Numbered from the whole stretch's first letter, positions 13,171-26,309 are shown. The stretch: DNA of 63,879 bases, filler included, from Octopus bimaculoides (GCF_001194135.2; 6 parts of 5 records of this genome joined end to end with filler, not necessarily neighbours in it), one strand, 5' to 3'. Translations and numbers: made by a program. The notes: generated from the sequence alone by a model not told the origin.

Positions 13171-13873
13171 GTAAGAATTGCAATGTATGCCCGAAAGAAA
13201 TATTCCATACTTTCAAGTCTAAATACCGTTATTGAATAGTAAAAAGAGATCAGCTCTGAAATGTGCGCACCTATTGTAAAAAAGTTCAAATATTTCCCGG
13301 GCAGAAAATAAGAAGGCGAGGCATGTTTAAATTTTTTATTTTTTTATGCAGTTCCAGTATTGAAAGAGTGTCTATGTAAAACTAGATTAGAAGGAGTCGC
13401 GACGGGAACATTCACACCCTGGTTGCTATATTACTTCAGATATCATCTGAAGAGCAGGGTATGGCTGGAGAAATGACGTCTGTCGCGAAGTGTATACGGG
13501 AAAAGATGGAAGGATGTGGCAAGGAATTTAGGGATGAAAGGCCCCGCTTAATCTTACACATTGTAAAGAAGTACGGTGTAGCTTTTGAATTACTGGGCCA
13601 AGTGTAAATTTCTAAATTTTTGTAAAATTTTAATTATATTATTCATCAACATATTTTTAATATCCTATTAAAACAAACTCATAGACACCCTATTTGTTTG
13701 TAATGTCCTGTGTTATCCCATTTATGTTTGGTATGTAATTATCATAATAAAGATATCAATCACTAGCTGGCAATTGTCCTGTACCGAGGGATGGAAATAA
13801 CCCAGAAACCATTGGCCTACAGGAATCGCTAAGGCTACAAAGGGAGCAAGATAATCCCCTGCTCACAGCATAC

Positions 13874-13917
13874 GGACACAGACAATGTGTCAGTATTCAG
13901 CCGCAACAGATGTTTTC
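13874..13917 (-). CDS. Candidate small exon (KHLLRLNTDTLSVS)
   Basis: Strong acceptor ttctttttatcctcAG, donor TCC|GTATGC. 44 nt, phase 1 to 0. Short enough to be chance. Confidence 0.35.
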
Positions 13918-14443
13918 CTGAGGATAAAAAGAACTAACATCGTTCTGCGTAGGACTGCCACATTGTGTTGGCAAATATATATTAATTAATACCCCCTCGG
14001 ACACACACACACACATATTGAATTACAAATAAAAGCAACTCTGGTAGTATAAACGTTATCGACGTGTATGAATACTAGTTATACACTGAATTTGATGCAC
14101 GTATCATGTGTCTTTGGATATCTAAATCGCGCCATTCGGTATGGAAGGCGTGAATGTTACAGACAAATTGAGACAGTGAGCCACTGAAGTATTAAGAACG
14201 ATGGATACTGAGATGTCGTCATGATCATAGCATATAACTATCGTTTTCTCTGATCATCAAGAAACGAATTGAATTTCCCGCATATGGCGTACATGCAGTG
14301 TGAATTCTATTTGCTTAGGTGGTGCGGTGTAGCAAATATGAAAGTAAATTAAGTTAAATTTTAATAGAAGCTCTGTTAATGTAAACATTATCGATTACAT
14401 ATACACAATGAATGGTTTTCTTTATACGTCGAATTTGTTGCAG

Positions 14444-14509
14444 GAACCGTCCTACAAAAGGTCCCAACATGCGCCGAGTGTTATAGATCACACGAATGCC
14501 GCAGACCAG
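14444..14509 (+). other. Candidate plus-strand exon, antisense to the host gene
   Basis: Acceptor tttgttgcAG|G, donor CAG|GTGAGA. 66 nt. Confidence 0.3.
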
Positions 14510-14559
14510 GTGAGACTACTCGTTTCTAAATCAGCGAGAATGATAGATAGCGATATTTT

Positions 14560-14660
14560 GTTGTGTGCCTGTGTCTTTTTCTTGTTCTTTGTTCACTACC
14601 ACCACTTGACAACCAGTATCGGTATGTTTACGTCTGCATGACATAGCAGCTTCTGGAATA
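14560..14660 (+). mobile_element. Old SINE family B fragment
   Basis: CCACCACTTGACAACCAGTATCGGTATGTTTACGTC resembles the B body. Confidence 0.5.
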
Positions 14661-15930
14661 TGTATTTGGGAACGATTGATTGATAGATAGAGTGACGAAG
14701 ATTTTGATATAAATAAAGATATACACATAGATATAGGAGAATACTACTATTGTACAAAGACATGATTTGAACTTAGTTTAAATGATCTTTCCTGAGCACC
14801 ACATGGCCCTTCCTTTTTGTCATTGTGTTGTCATTTACACATTATGATAAATGTGAACATTAGAAAATATATCTCTCCTTTCTCTAAATATACCATACAC
14901 ACCACCTCTTCGAAACCACCACTCATGAAATGTTCCTACATACTGAACACTACGTCTATAAAAACATTGAAAATTATTATTACACGCTAAAATGGACACT
15001 TGTGAAGTATAGATATCCAAAACGAATATACGCTTATCTTTCCGGCATTATATTTTCATGAAAATACAAACGAAATTGCTGTCTGGGAATCTGCTATACT
15101 GTGAATATTTTGAAAAAACACAATTTATGAAATTATTGTTTAAATAAATCATTTGAAAACATACATTATCTCTCCACGTAATGTAGTTTCGATGGCAAAC
15201 GTTTCAATATGAAGTGAAATAATACGACCAAGTATACTTGAAAAAATAAATTAATATACAGGCAAGTGATGCATATTTTCTTTTTGAGACATGGAAACCT
15301 TGTAAGTGTTGCATTCTAAAGGGAGGAAAGCTCTATTAATTGTTATAAAAGATATACACCATATTGCTTTGAAAATATATTCTGTCCAAGAGAAATTAAA
15401 TAACAAATAAGAGGTTTTTGATAATAGAAACTAAAAAAGAACAAAAGACTATCTCAGTGAATAACCTATCCCTATGCGGTACTTTGAATATTAATAAAAC
15501 TGCTCGCTATTTAGCAAACGTTTCCGTCTGAACACTAAGGGTTACTGAATTTAGGTTGGCATTAGTCGTTGTATCTGATATCTCTAGGCTTTGTAAAGCA
15601 GTTTTAATTATCCTCATAACCTAATGACCTTTTTGACATTAATTCACTCTTCTTTCTCCTCTATCTATTCTACTGGTATACATTCACCATTCATTTTCGC
15701 ACAAGAATACACCCAAAAAGTGTCATCATCCGGTGCCACAAACATTTACCAACAACTTAAATACACATCCACCTCCTCACATACGTACATTCTAAAATCT
15801 CATTCGTTTATGCATATTGAAATATTGGAAGAATATACCAGTGATATGCAAACCCAATTCTGCTGCATCTAAGACTCCAGCATTAAATTTTACGGTGCAT
15901 TCAATTTTATGCACAATATATCTCTTTAAT

Positions 15931-16322
15931 GTGGAGGCGCAATGGCCCAATTGTTAGGGCAGCCGACTCGCGGTCAAAGGATCGCGGTTTCGATTCCCAG
16001 ACCGGGCGTTGTGAGTGTTTATTGAGCGAAAACACCTGAAGCTCCACGAGGCTCCGGCAGGTGATGGTGGCGAACCCTGCTGTACTCTTTCACCACAACT
16101 TTCTCTCACTCTTACTTTCTGTTTCTGTTGTGCCTATAATTCAAAGGGTCAGCCTTGTCACACTGTGTCACGCTGAATCTCCCCGAAAACTACCTTAAGG
16201 GTACACGTGTCTGTGGAGTGCTCAGCCACTTGCACGTTAATTTCACGAGCAGGCTGTTCCATTGATCGGATCAACTGGAACCCTCGACGTCGTAAGCGAC
16301 GGAGTGCCAACGAACGATCAAA
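15931..16322 (+). mobile_element. tRNA-derived SINE family D, full length with TSD
   Basis: A box TGGCCCAATTG, B box GGTTTCGATTCC. 9-bp TSD CTCTTTAAT at 15922-15930 and 16323-16331. 3' end GACGGAGTGCCAAC. Confidence 0.85.
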
Positions 16323-17013
16323 CTCTTTAATAATCTACTATTTAAATTTCATTTACAATGTAAATTTAATTCTAGTTCACTAGGCCAAATAGCAAAAACT
16401 ACTATGTCCTTTCCAATCACACATTACTGCATTAAAATATAAAGATACATGCATATCAATTTTAATTAAGTATTCCCTAAATATCGAGTTAAATGATTCT
16501 TATGTCAGGGTTTAAAAAACTTAATTTCATAGCAAGATAAACCACAAAACTATTTTTGTCTATATATGAACTTTTATATAATTTTTAAGAGTTTGAATAT
16601 GCTTACAATATTAAGTCGTAGTTATACTGGTTTTTGTATACTGGTCATCAGTAGTGAATCAGAAAAGAAAGAAAGATAGAAAGCAAGATTGTTGGATCCT
16701 CAGCTTTATGAAAACACCCCAACACATCATTAAACTGTCAAAAGACGAGGTCAAGATATGCTAATCACTCCTTTTGATGCAAAAATTGATTGATAACCGA
16801 ACTCTTTCTATTGATCCCTTCATTTGGGAATTCTTATGTCGGATGCACCAGAATGACGTAGATTGATTACTTCTCTCTTGATGTTGACTTACAATAAGAA
16901 TAACTTCAAAATGTTATGGTAGACACCAAAAGTAGTATTAATGTTTGATCAGCACACTAGTGGGATTTTGAATAGAAAAAGAAGAAAGAAAAGCATTGGT
17001 GATATCTAAAGTA

Positions 17014-17428
17014 ATACTCTCTTTTACTTGTTTCAGTCAATTGACTGCGACCATGCTAGGGCCTTTTTTAGTCGAGACAATCGAATTCAGGACTTATTTT
17101 TGTAAGCCTAGCACTTATTCTATCGGTCTGTTTTTGCCGAAGCGCTATGTTACGGGGACGTAAACACACCAGCCTCGGTTGTCAAGCGAAATTGGGGGGA
17201 GGGAAACATAGACACAGAAACATACACACACACACACACACATATATATATACATACACATGTATACGATGGGCTTCTTTCAGTTTCCGTCTACCAAATC
17301 CACTCACAAGGCTTTGGTCGGCGCGAAGCTATAGTAGAAGACACTTGCCGAAGGTGCCACGCAGTGGGACTGAACCCAGAATCATGTGGTTGGTAAGCAA
17401 GCTACTAACCACACAGCCACTCCTGCGC
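17014..17428 (-). mobile_element. tRNA-derived CORE-like SINE family B, full length
   Basis: Sense head GGAGTGGCTGTGTGGTTAGTAGCTTGC..GGGTTCAGTCCCACTGCG, then CORE-like CCTTCGGCAAGTGTCTTCT, an internal (TA/TG)n and the tail ...CAGTC..TGACTGAAACAAGTAAAAGAG. The CORE similarity is from recall. Confidence 0.9.
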
Positions 17429-18176
17429 CAATAAATAATATGTTTTTAATATTTATTTGTATGAGTTGAAGTAACTCGCGTACTAGGAACAAGTTGTGTG
17501 GAGGTGGAAAAAGCTGTCCTTGAATCTAAGTTCAGAAACCTATTATAGGAAAATAATGACCTTCACTAAATTACAATTCACGACTAGAATACGAAAACGT
17601 GCAGGACTAATGATTTCCTAATGATTTTGTACAACGTAGGATTTAATACAACGTATCTAAAATTATATTTAACTTGCCACATGTTCTTTGAAAAAATATT
17701 TGAAGCAACTTATAAGTTTTAAAGGAAACAATCAGATCAAAGTTTGCTCATACTTATTCATTGCGTGTGATTTTATACATTTAAATTTAGGGTTGAGTAA
17801 TACGTGATGCAATTACGGTAGTTATTCTATTTCCTCTGAGGCAAGCTCCCGGCATTTACAGATGTGTTCTTAAAGGTGCACGCTAAATATTAATATTTCA
17901 CACGATATGAATAGTAAACATACACGGCATTACATAATTTCCGAAGAGAAATAAACAAGTTTTTATCAGTGTACTTTCATCATTGCGTTTCTTTTCTTAC
18001 AGCACTTTGTATGTTGATTTTAATTGCATTGCATGAAATATATATACATAAATTTATGTATGTGTGTGTATCTATGTATATATACATGTGTATATGCCTA
18101 TCTGTATATCTATAAAAAGCAAATTTTGAAGTTTGCTAACATGAGCTAAGTCCCTTCTTGAGATAGCGAAGTGAAA

Positions 18177-18232
<56 letters not shown>

Positions 18233-18561
18233 NNNNNNNNNNNNNNNNNNNNNNNNNNNNNNNNNNNNNNNNNNNNNNNNNNNNNNNNNNNNNNNNNNNN
18301 NNNNNNNNNNNNNNNNNNNNNNNNNNNNNNNNNNNNNNNNNNNNNNNNNNNNNNNNNNNNNNNNNNNNNNNNNNNNNNNNNNNNNNNNNNNNNNNNNNNN
18401 NNNNNNNNNNNNNNNNNNNNNNNNNNNNNNNNNNNNNNNNNNNNNNNNNNNNNNNNNNNNNNNNNNNNNNNNNNNNNNNNNNNNNNNNNNNNNNNNNNNN
18501 NNNNNNNNNNNNNNGTGTGTGTGTGTAATAACAGAACGTGTGTGTGTGTTATTTCTTCACC

Positions 18562-18756
18562 ACCCACACGAGGCTACACACAGAGGGGACAAACAAGGAG
18601 AGACAAACGGATTAAGTCGATTATATCGACCCCAGTGAGTAACTGGTACTTATTTAATCGACTCCGAAAGGATGAAAGGCAAAGTAGACCTCGGGGGAAA
18701 TTGAACTCAGAACGTAGCGGCAGACGAAATGCCGCTAAGCATTTCGCCCGGCGTGC
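18562..18756 (-). mobile_element. SINE family A (subtype A2), 5' end slightly truncated
   Basis: High similarity to 4324-4542 and to the reverse complement of 10196-10417. Confidence 0.85.
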
Positions 18757-19869
18757 ATTTCGCTCGTGTGTGTGTGGGTGTTTGTGGTTTGGCTGTTTAT
18801 CTGTTAGTGTGTGTGTGTTTGTGTGTGTGTCGTTTAACGTTGTGGAAGGAATTAGTAGCAGGAATAATTTGTGAGTGGTTGTGGACGATGGTCAGTAGAA
18901 AGTGAGCAGGCAGTTTTTAAGTATGTGTGTGTGCGTATAAGTGTATATTGTGTGAGTGTGTTTATCTTGCAGTCTGTGCCTGTATCTGTGAGTGTGTGTG
19001 TGTGTATATATATATATGTGTGTATGTACGTGTGTGTGTATAAGCGTACGGTTTGCTCTGTGGATTGCACGTAGGTTATTTTGTGTGTGTGTGCGTGTGT
19101 GTTTGTGTGTGTGTGTGTGTGAGTGTGTGTGTGTGTGTGTAGGAGTTATGTTTGTGTTCATTTGCATGTGTGTATAATCGACTGAAGAAAGAAAACTCCG
19201 CATGACCCTGGTATTTTTATTGTTCGTCTGGATGTTTGTTGTCCCTTCTTAATATTAGCTGTTTTGCGTTCTTGTCCCATTTTTGGTATTCCTTTTTGCA
19301 TAAATATAGCAGCGTACGTACAATTTGGTTACGGTTGTTTGTGTGCGCGTGTGTGTGTGGGGAGGTTGGGTCTGTGTATCATATTAAATCGGATTACTTT
19401 CGAAACATTTTTTTTTACATGATTTAGCTCTGAAATAACAGTAATATAATTTACCTCCATAATTTCATTGAAAGTAAATGATAATCTTTTTAATAGTGAA
19501 TTCTACACTAAGTTAAAGGGAATAGGATTGAATCGACGAATGTACTTCAATATGAATATGTTCATAATATTACTATTGAGCTGTAGAATCTTTTATTGCT
19601 GAATGTCATAATAGAAAACTTGCCCCACCTCCCAATTCCCACCTCCCAACACTCTCACATCACACCACGTTACACCATATCACACAACACGTCACTTCAC
19701 AACACACCACCACGCACACACTAGCACTGACCAACTCCCTTCTCCCTTCCCCACTTTTTCGCACCTACATACACACATACACACGTTAAAATCACCAGCA
19801 TTCTCACACACACACACACACACACAGCTTCTCGTATTTGGGTTCACCACTTCTTTTCCCTTTGTTATC

Positions 19870-20100
19870 TCTCCTTTTTCTTAGCTCACCTGTGTGAACT
19901 TTCTGTTCGGCATTCGCCATGATAGATCGCTGACCACTACTTTATATTTTTTCTCCTTGTTTTTCTCCTTATTTCATTTTGTTGAAGAGCGTAGCTCGAA
20001 GCGTTAAAGACTTTCTCTATTCCCGAGCGTTAAACTAATACATCCTTTTGTTGTTTACACCACCTGTCCTCGTCTGTTCTTGTTAATTTGTAAATTCTCC
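19870..20100. mobile_element. Probable Penelope-like element terminal fragment
   Basis: GTTGAAGAGCGTAGCTCGAAGCGTTAAAGAC motif resembles Penelope-type ends (GAAGA..CTCGAAACGT). A related copy (TTCCCGAGCGT..) lies at 35670-35760. Recall-based. Confidence 0.4.
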
Positions 20101-21511
20101 CATATATATATGTATATATATATATATATATNNNNNNNNNNNNNNNNNNNNNNNNNNNNNNNNNNNNNNNNNNNNNNNNNNNNNNNNNNTATATATACAT
20201 GTATCCATTTATATATACATATGCATGCACCTGTGTGTGTGTGTGCATGGGTGTGTATGTGTGTGTGTGTGTGTGTATGTGTGTGTGTGTGTGTGTGTGC
20301 ATTTTGTGTATGTGTGTTTATGTATCCAATGTGTAACACGTCAGACTATTAGTCGAATGAGGCATTGCTTTCCTTTGCAGATATTTTCCCCAAATGCGTT
20401 TACACAACTGCACACTCCATGAAACCCATCTAATTGGGGTGTTAATTTGTCCAGTAATGATGTTAGTAAATTATATTTTAATTCACAACCCAATATTTAG
20501 AATATAGTGCAAGCAAACACAAAAATGATTTATTTCATAGTAACTGCAATTCTCCCAGCTTCTGTTAAGTGTATGAAATTATCAGGTTTACTTCTGTTAT
20601 GATTCATCATTGCCAGTTCCATTGTGACTGAAATTTACTCATAGATTGTAAATTTTAGCAGTGATAATACTGGAATTTTGGTGCCTTATAACCAATTATT
20701 CTCACGTATTTATTCCTAATTTCGTTGTATTTGACTTTCCTTCACTGAAATATTTCTAACTGACGTTAACAGATGAAGACGTTGAAATTATTGCTTGCCA
20801 CAAAACTATGTAAACCTTCCGAAACTTCTGACTTGTATGTATGTTAACTTGAGCTCAATTTGTAAATGATATAATATATTTCTTTTAATATTTGATTTTG
20901 CATATCTAGAATTTTCTCGAGCATTTCCGAAGGAGAGGTGTTCGAAAAATATTAAGGAAAAGCAAAAGTAATTTGCTTTTACGTTGTGATTTGTTATATA
21001 GAAGTGAAGAAACGTTGTGTCGCCGTATAAAGCATACCGAGCAGGGAAATTACAAAATCTTATTTTGATGAATTCACGGTGAAAAAGGAGATTGTGTTAA
21101 GGATACCTACCTCGATACTTCAGGAGTTTTATGAAATTATAATTTATACAATTTACTACAGAATCGAGGCAGGAATCTCTTTTCAGCTTAGTGAAATAAC
21201 AAACAAAATTTCTTAAGATATCTGAAATAAAGAAAGGGATATTCAATGATCTAATACTAGCTGACCATAAAACGCATGCTGTTCACGGGTGAAACTATTT
21301 CGATCAAAGTTTTATTTATACAGCAATATCAAGAAGTCGCTTATTTAATCTCCAATTCATTGTATGCATACCGGTGGAAAACTCCAGTTGTAGGAATCAT
21401 GACAATACACTATTTGTTCATTCGATCCATCTTATGCGTGTAAAGATGTAGTTATGCATAGAGAAATATATGAATATACTTATATATAATACACATACAC
21501 ACACACATATA

Positions 21512-21564
<53 letters not shown>

Positions 21565-22814
21565 NNNNNNNNNNNNNNNNNNNNNNNNNNNNNNNNNNNN
21601 NNNNNNNNNNNNNNNNNNNNNNNNNNNNNNNNNNNNNNNNNNNNNNNNNNNNNNNNNNNNNNNNNNNNNNNNNNNNNNNNNNNNNNNNNNNNNNNNNNNN
21701 NNNNNNNNNNNNNNNNNNNNNNNNNNNNNNNNNNNNNNNNNNNNNNNNNNNNNNNNNNNNNNNNNNNNNNNNNNNNNNNNNNNNNNNNNNNNNNNNNNNN
21801 NNNNNNTATATACATGTATACACACACACACACATATATATATATACATACACATAGATACATATATATGTAGATATATATATATATATACATATATGTA
21901 TGTATACATGTATATGTGTATGCGTGTTTTTGTGAAGCCTTATATTAACATACCAATACGCTGAAATATATGTGTCATATATTATTAATATTAACAACTT
22001 GCCTCTAACAACAGTCGTTTGTTCTTTCAACTCACTACCATTGACACGGAAATTTCAATATATTTCTTCATGCGTTTATTTACGTCTATCTATTGCACCT
22101 AACGTCTTCCATAATTTTGTTTCTGTGTTGTAATAATTTAATTTTAAATATAAGCCATTTAGTAATATCGTTATGCTGAAAATATATTAAGAATGTCGCA
22201 CACTGAGGTACGACATACATATTTACGCTTCCCATTTCCCATTTAAACGTATAAAAGTATAGGCTGGAAATGGATGACGCCTACTGAACGCTGACAGCTA
22301 TTATATGCTGAAGATATAACATACAGATATTTATTTATCGTTATCTGCGCATTGTCTCCATTGACTTCAAATAATTTTGCTTCCAAGTACAGTATTTCAT
22401 TTGCTTTAAATGTAATTTTATATTAGTTGCATATATGTTGCTCCTTTCGGCTACAGTTTCGAACATAAATTGCAAGGAGTTGTTCAAATTTAAAAGGACA
22501 TATTATTGCAAACTGATAACAGTATTTTGCGCAGTGGTAAAGAAAGCAAAGAAAGCTTACAACCGAGACATGCTTTCCCATGAACGTCGCAAAATTAAAC
22601 AGACACACATACACACATACAGACATATACGCACAGGCACGCACACAAACATGCACTCACACCCAGGCATACAAACATACATACAACTGTTATACACACA
22701 TGCACGCACACACACATATTCCACGTGTCTCTATGTATATATATATAGACACACACATATATATATAGAGAGAGAGACATATATAAGTATGTGTTTGTGT
22801 GTGTGTCGGAGTAT

Positions 22815-22892
<78 letters not shown>

Positions 22893-23154
22893 ATGCATGT
22901 GCTGGAAAGGGGAAAGGTGAATAGCATATTGTCTTTTGAAGACACCTTCGCCAAATATATGTAACACCGTTTGGATAATTTTTTGGGGAGGGGTGAACGA
23001 TAACATATCTTTTTGCTATCTAAGGCTTCCGCCGCACCCATGAATTCCAGATCAGAAATTTTCAGTAAATGCACATATATGGACTTGTTCATTTCGGAAA
23101 ATCAGGCAACAGCTCCCTCTCGGGATTGAGCAGTTATATCCGCAGACTTCTTAC

Positions 23155-23295
23155 CTCTTCAGTTGATTCTATATGAACTGGCTTCATGACTTTACGGTCA
23201 AAGGGGATTAATTCTAATTCATTTCTTAATCTCTGTTTCTGAATCGAACTTCCTCTCATTTTTCGTCCTGATTTCTCTCGTTCTGTTGTCCTGAT
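23155..23295 (-). CDS. Internal coding exon, probably the same gene (IRTTEREKSGRKMRGSSIQKQRLRNELELIPFDRKVMKPVHIESTEE)
   Basis: Acceptor atatacatgttacAG, donor GAG|GTAAGA. 141 nt, phase 0-0. The other frames are closed. Confidence 0.75.
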
Positions 23296-24432
23296 CTGTA
23301 ACATGTATATGTCATATAATAATAGCATTAAGAATGCTTGCAGACATTAGGTGGGATGTATAAACCTGTCTGAAAAACATCACCAATGTGAAAAATATAG
23401 TAGCTCACAACTCTGTACTGTGTACATTGAAATTTTAATCCGTGAAAACTTTCTCGATATATTCATCATACGCATATATTACAATCTCGTAAGTTAACTA
23501 GACCGGCTGGGATTACCCCATGGTAGCCAACAGTAAGTATCTTTTATGAGCGCACATATAGGCATCTATAATATACGAAATACATACATACATACACACA
23601 CAAACACGCAGACGCACACACACGCACACACACGCACAAACACACACACACACACACACACACANNNNNNNNNNNNNNNNNNNNNNNNNNNNNNNNNNNN
23701 NNNNNNNNNNNNNNNNNNNNNNNNNNNNNNNNNNNNNNNNNNNNNNNNNNNNNNNNNNNNNNNNNNNNNNNNNNNNNNNNNNNNNNNNNNNNNNNNNNNN
23801 NNNNNNNNNNNNNNNNNNNNNNNNNNNNNNNNNNNNNNNNNNNNNNNNNNNNNNNNNNNNNNNNNNNNNNNNNNNNNNNNNNNNNNNNNNNNNNNNNNNN
23901 NNNNNNNNNNNNNNNNNNNNNNNNNNNNNNNNNNNNNNNNNNNNNNNNNNNNNNNNNNNNNNNNNNNNNNNNNNNNNNNNNNNNNNNNNNNNNNNNNNNN
24001 NNNATATATATATATATATATATATAAAGGTATGTATATTTTTTAAATGTTTACAAATAACAAGGAAAAGAAAATAAATAACATGGTGGCAAAAATTTAC
24101 ATAAGTGCCAAGGATATTACATCATTTTCTTTCCCTCCAGAATAATTTCAGTGTTTCTTTCGAAACATGTTGGAAGTATAAATGATTTGAATAAATAACA
24201 CCTGCGCCTGAATCCATTCTTAAATTTATTGATGTTAAATATATTACTAGCTGGCTAGTAATGTTATATAGTAAATGAGTATATGTATATATACGTACAG
24301 GTATGTGCATACCGACATCCACCTGTATGTATAGGTGCATATCTGGGTACAGGACATTGCAAACAAAACGTAGACAAGAAAACACACAAGCCACATAGAA
24401 AACATTTTCCTTCATCAGCCACCCCCGTATAT

Positions 24433-24532
24433 NNNNNNNNNNNNNNNNNNNNNNNNNNNNNNNNNNNNNNNNNNNNTTAATTAATTAANNNNNNNNNNNN
24501 NNNNNNNNNNNNNNNNNNNNNNNNNNNNNNNN
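24433..24532. other. Artificial scaffold linker 44N-TTAATTAATTAA-44N
   Basis: Exactly 100 bp; the 12-mer has stops in all six frames. Identical structure occurs five times. Confidence 0.95.
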
Positions 24533-24559
24533 GGGGGGGGGGGTTGTAATAAGTGTATG

Positions 24560-25203
24560 ATGACGTTAATGATGATGGTGATGATGATGATGATGATGAT
24601 GATGATAAAGTTCATAATATCAATGTTCTAGATGAGGATGATGGTTAAACATGCTGAAGCTGTTGATAATGATGATAGCGATGATGATTATGATGATGAT
24701 GATGATGATGATGAAGATGATGATGATGATGATGATGATGATGGTAATGATGACGGCGTAAAATATTCTGTAAATTAAAGTTTCACTAATTATAGACAAT
24801 TATCAATTCTTGATTCTAATTACAGTTCTTGAAGGAAACGGTTGAAGAAATCAATAGAGGGAAAGAGAAATTAAAATCAAGAGAGAGAGAGAGAGAGAGA
24901 GGAGGTGGGGAGAGAGAGAGAGGGGGGGTAGAGAGAGAGAAAGAGAGAAGGGAAAGTGAAAATTGCAAAGAAGCACGCGGGAAAGAGAGAATGAAATAAA
25001 GAAAAAGAAAAAAATTGTTGAAGAACAAAAGAAAGAAAAAAAATATGCGAGGCAAATGTAATAAAATTTCATCATAAAAAATAACATTTTCGGGAAAGTT
25101 GATCAAATAGTCAAAGACAAGATATATTTAGAATGGTAAAAATAAATGAAGGTTGCATTCCTTTATTATTATTATTATTATTATTTTATTATTATTATTA
25201 TTC

Positions 25204-25258
<55 letters not shown>

Positions 25259-25512
25259 GTTATTATTATTATTATTATTATTATCATTATTATCATTATT
25301 ATCATTATTCTTCTTTTGTAAAATAATGCTTTCTCATCATACTGACAGATAATAACACAATTTTCACTGCATTTTAATTTTTCTTGTTGCTGGTGGTGAT
25401 AGTTTTTATTATTGCTATTGTAATCTTGGTAATTAATATCATTAATTTACCTTTATCATTACCACCATCCTCTTCATCATTATCATCATCCTCATCATCA
25501 TTATTATTGCTA

Positions 25513-25585
<73 letters not shown>
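24560..25585. repeat. Microsatellite-rich block: (GAT)n, (GA)n, (TTA)n, (TCA)n
   Basis: Direct reading. Confidence 0.9.
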
Positions 25586-25671
25586 CAGACTCCTTTTCAT
25601 CATATACGTTCACAACAACACAAGTGAGTGTAGTCCTGCATGACTGTTACTTCTTTCTTTCTATCTCTCTT

Positions 25672-25704
<33 letters not shown>

Positions 25705-25797
25705 ATTGTAATATTCTATTAAGAATTTTTCTATGGATCGACTTAATAGTGTCATCATTTCCTGCTTGACGTGTGTACATGTGATGAAGAGGGTATT

Positions 25798-25835
<38 letters not shown>

Positions 25836-26298
25836 AGATTTAAGGAATAGAGTTGGTAAAATCCGGGCTACATATGTCAAATATGGTAAATATCCAAGCG
25901 AAGTGTATACTGCAGGCTACTCTTCGTGCCAAGGACATCTTAATTAAATGAAATTTGACATTGTCGCAAGGAGGTACATGATAACATCTGGAAGATTCAA
26001 TCAGAATGTGTAGAGATCTCAGTAGGAATGGAGAATATAAATGTTGAAGGAAATAAGTATTAAAAGAAGGAAAAAGGAAACAAATATAAGGAAGTGAGAG
26101 GAATGAGGAATTCAAGCAAGGTCATGTGACCGGTAGTATTCAATAGGGCTGTCATGGCCGAATTACAGAAATTAGCGAGGGGAGTGGTATTGGAAAAAAG
26201 ATAATGTGGAGGGAAGAGGGTAGGGAAATATTTTTGGTGAAGGGGAAGAAAAAATATATAGGCATGACGAAAGCAAGAAAGAATGGCGAGGAATCGTG

Positions 26299-26309
26299 GC
26301 GGCCATTTT
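26299..26309 (-). promoter_or_regulatory. YY1-like motif (AAAATGGCCGC) in a locally CpG-richer patch
   Basis: GCGGCCATTTT on + matches the YY1 consensus core GCCATNTT. A single short motif next to a 10-N gap. Confidence 0.25.

Noticed and set aside
15933-16010. tRNA gene (A and B boxes present)
   Set aside because: Continues into a roughly 390-bp repeat body with a TSD and has related copies elsewhere; it is a SINE head, not a cloverleaf tRNA.
20910-21215. Apparent roughly 100-codon plus-strand exon
   Set aside because: Careful reading shows a frame break at about 21060, splitting it into two short frames.
24477-24488. TTAATTAATTAA as a conserved biological motif or PacI site
   Set aside because: Always centred in an exactly 100-bp N gap; an assembly spacer.
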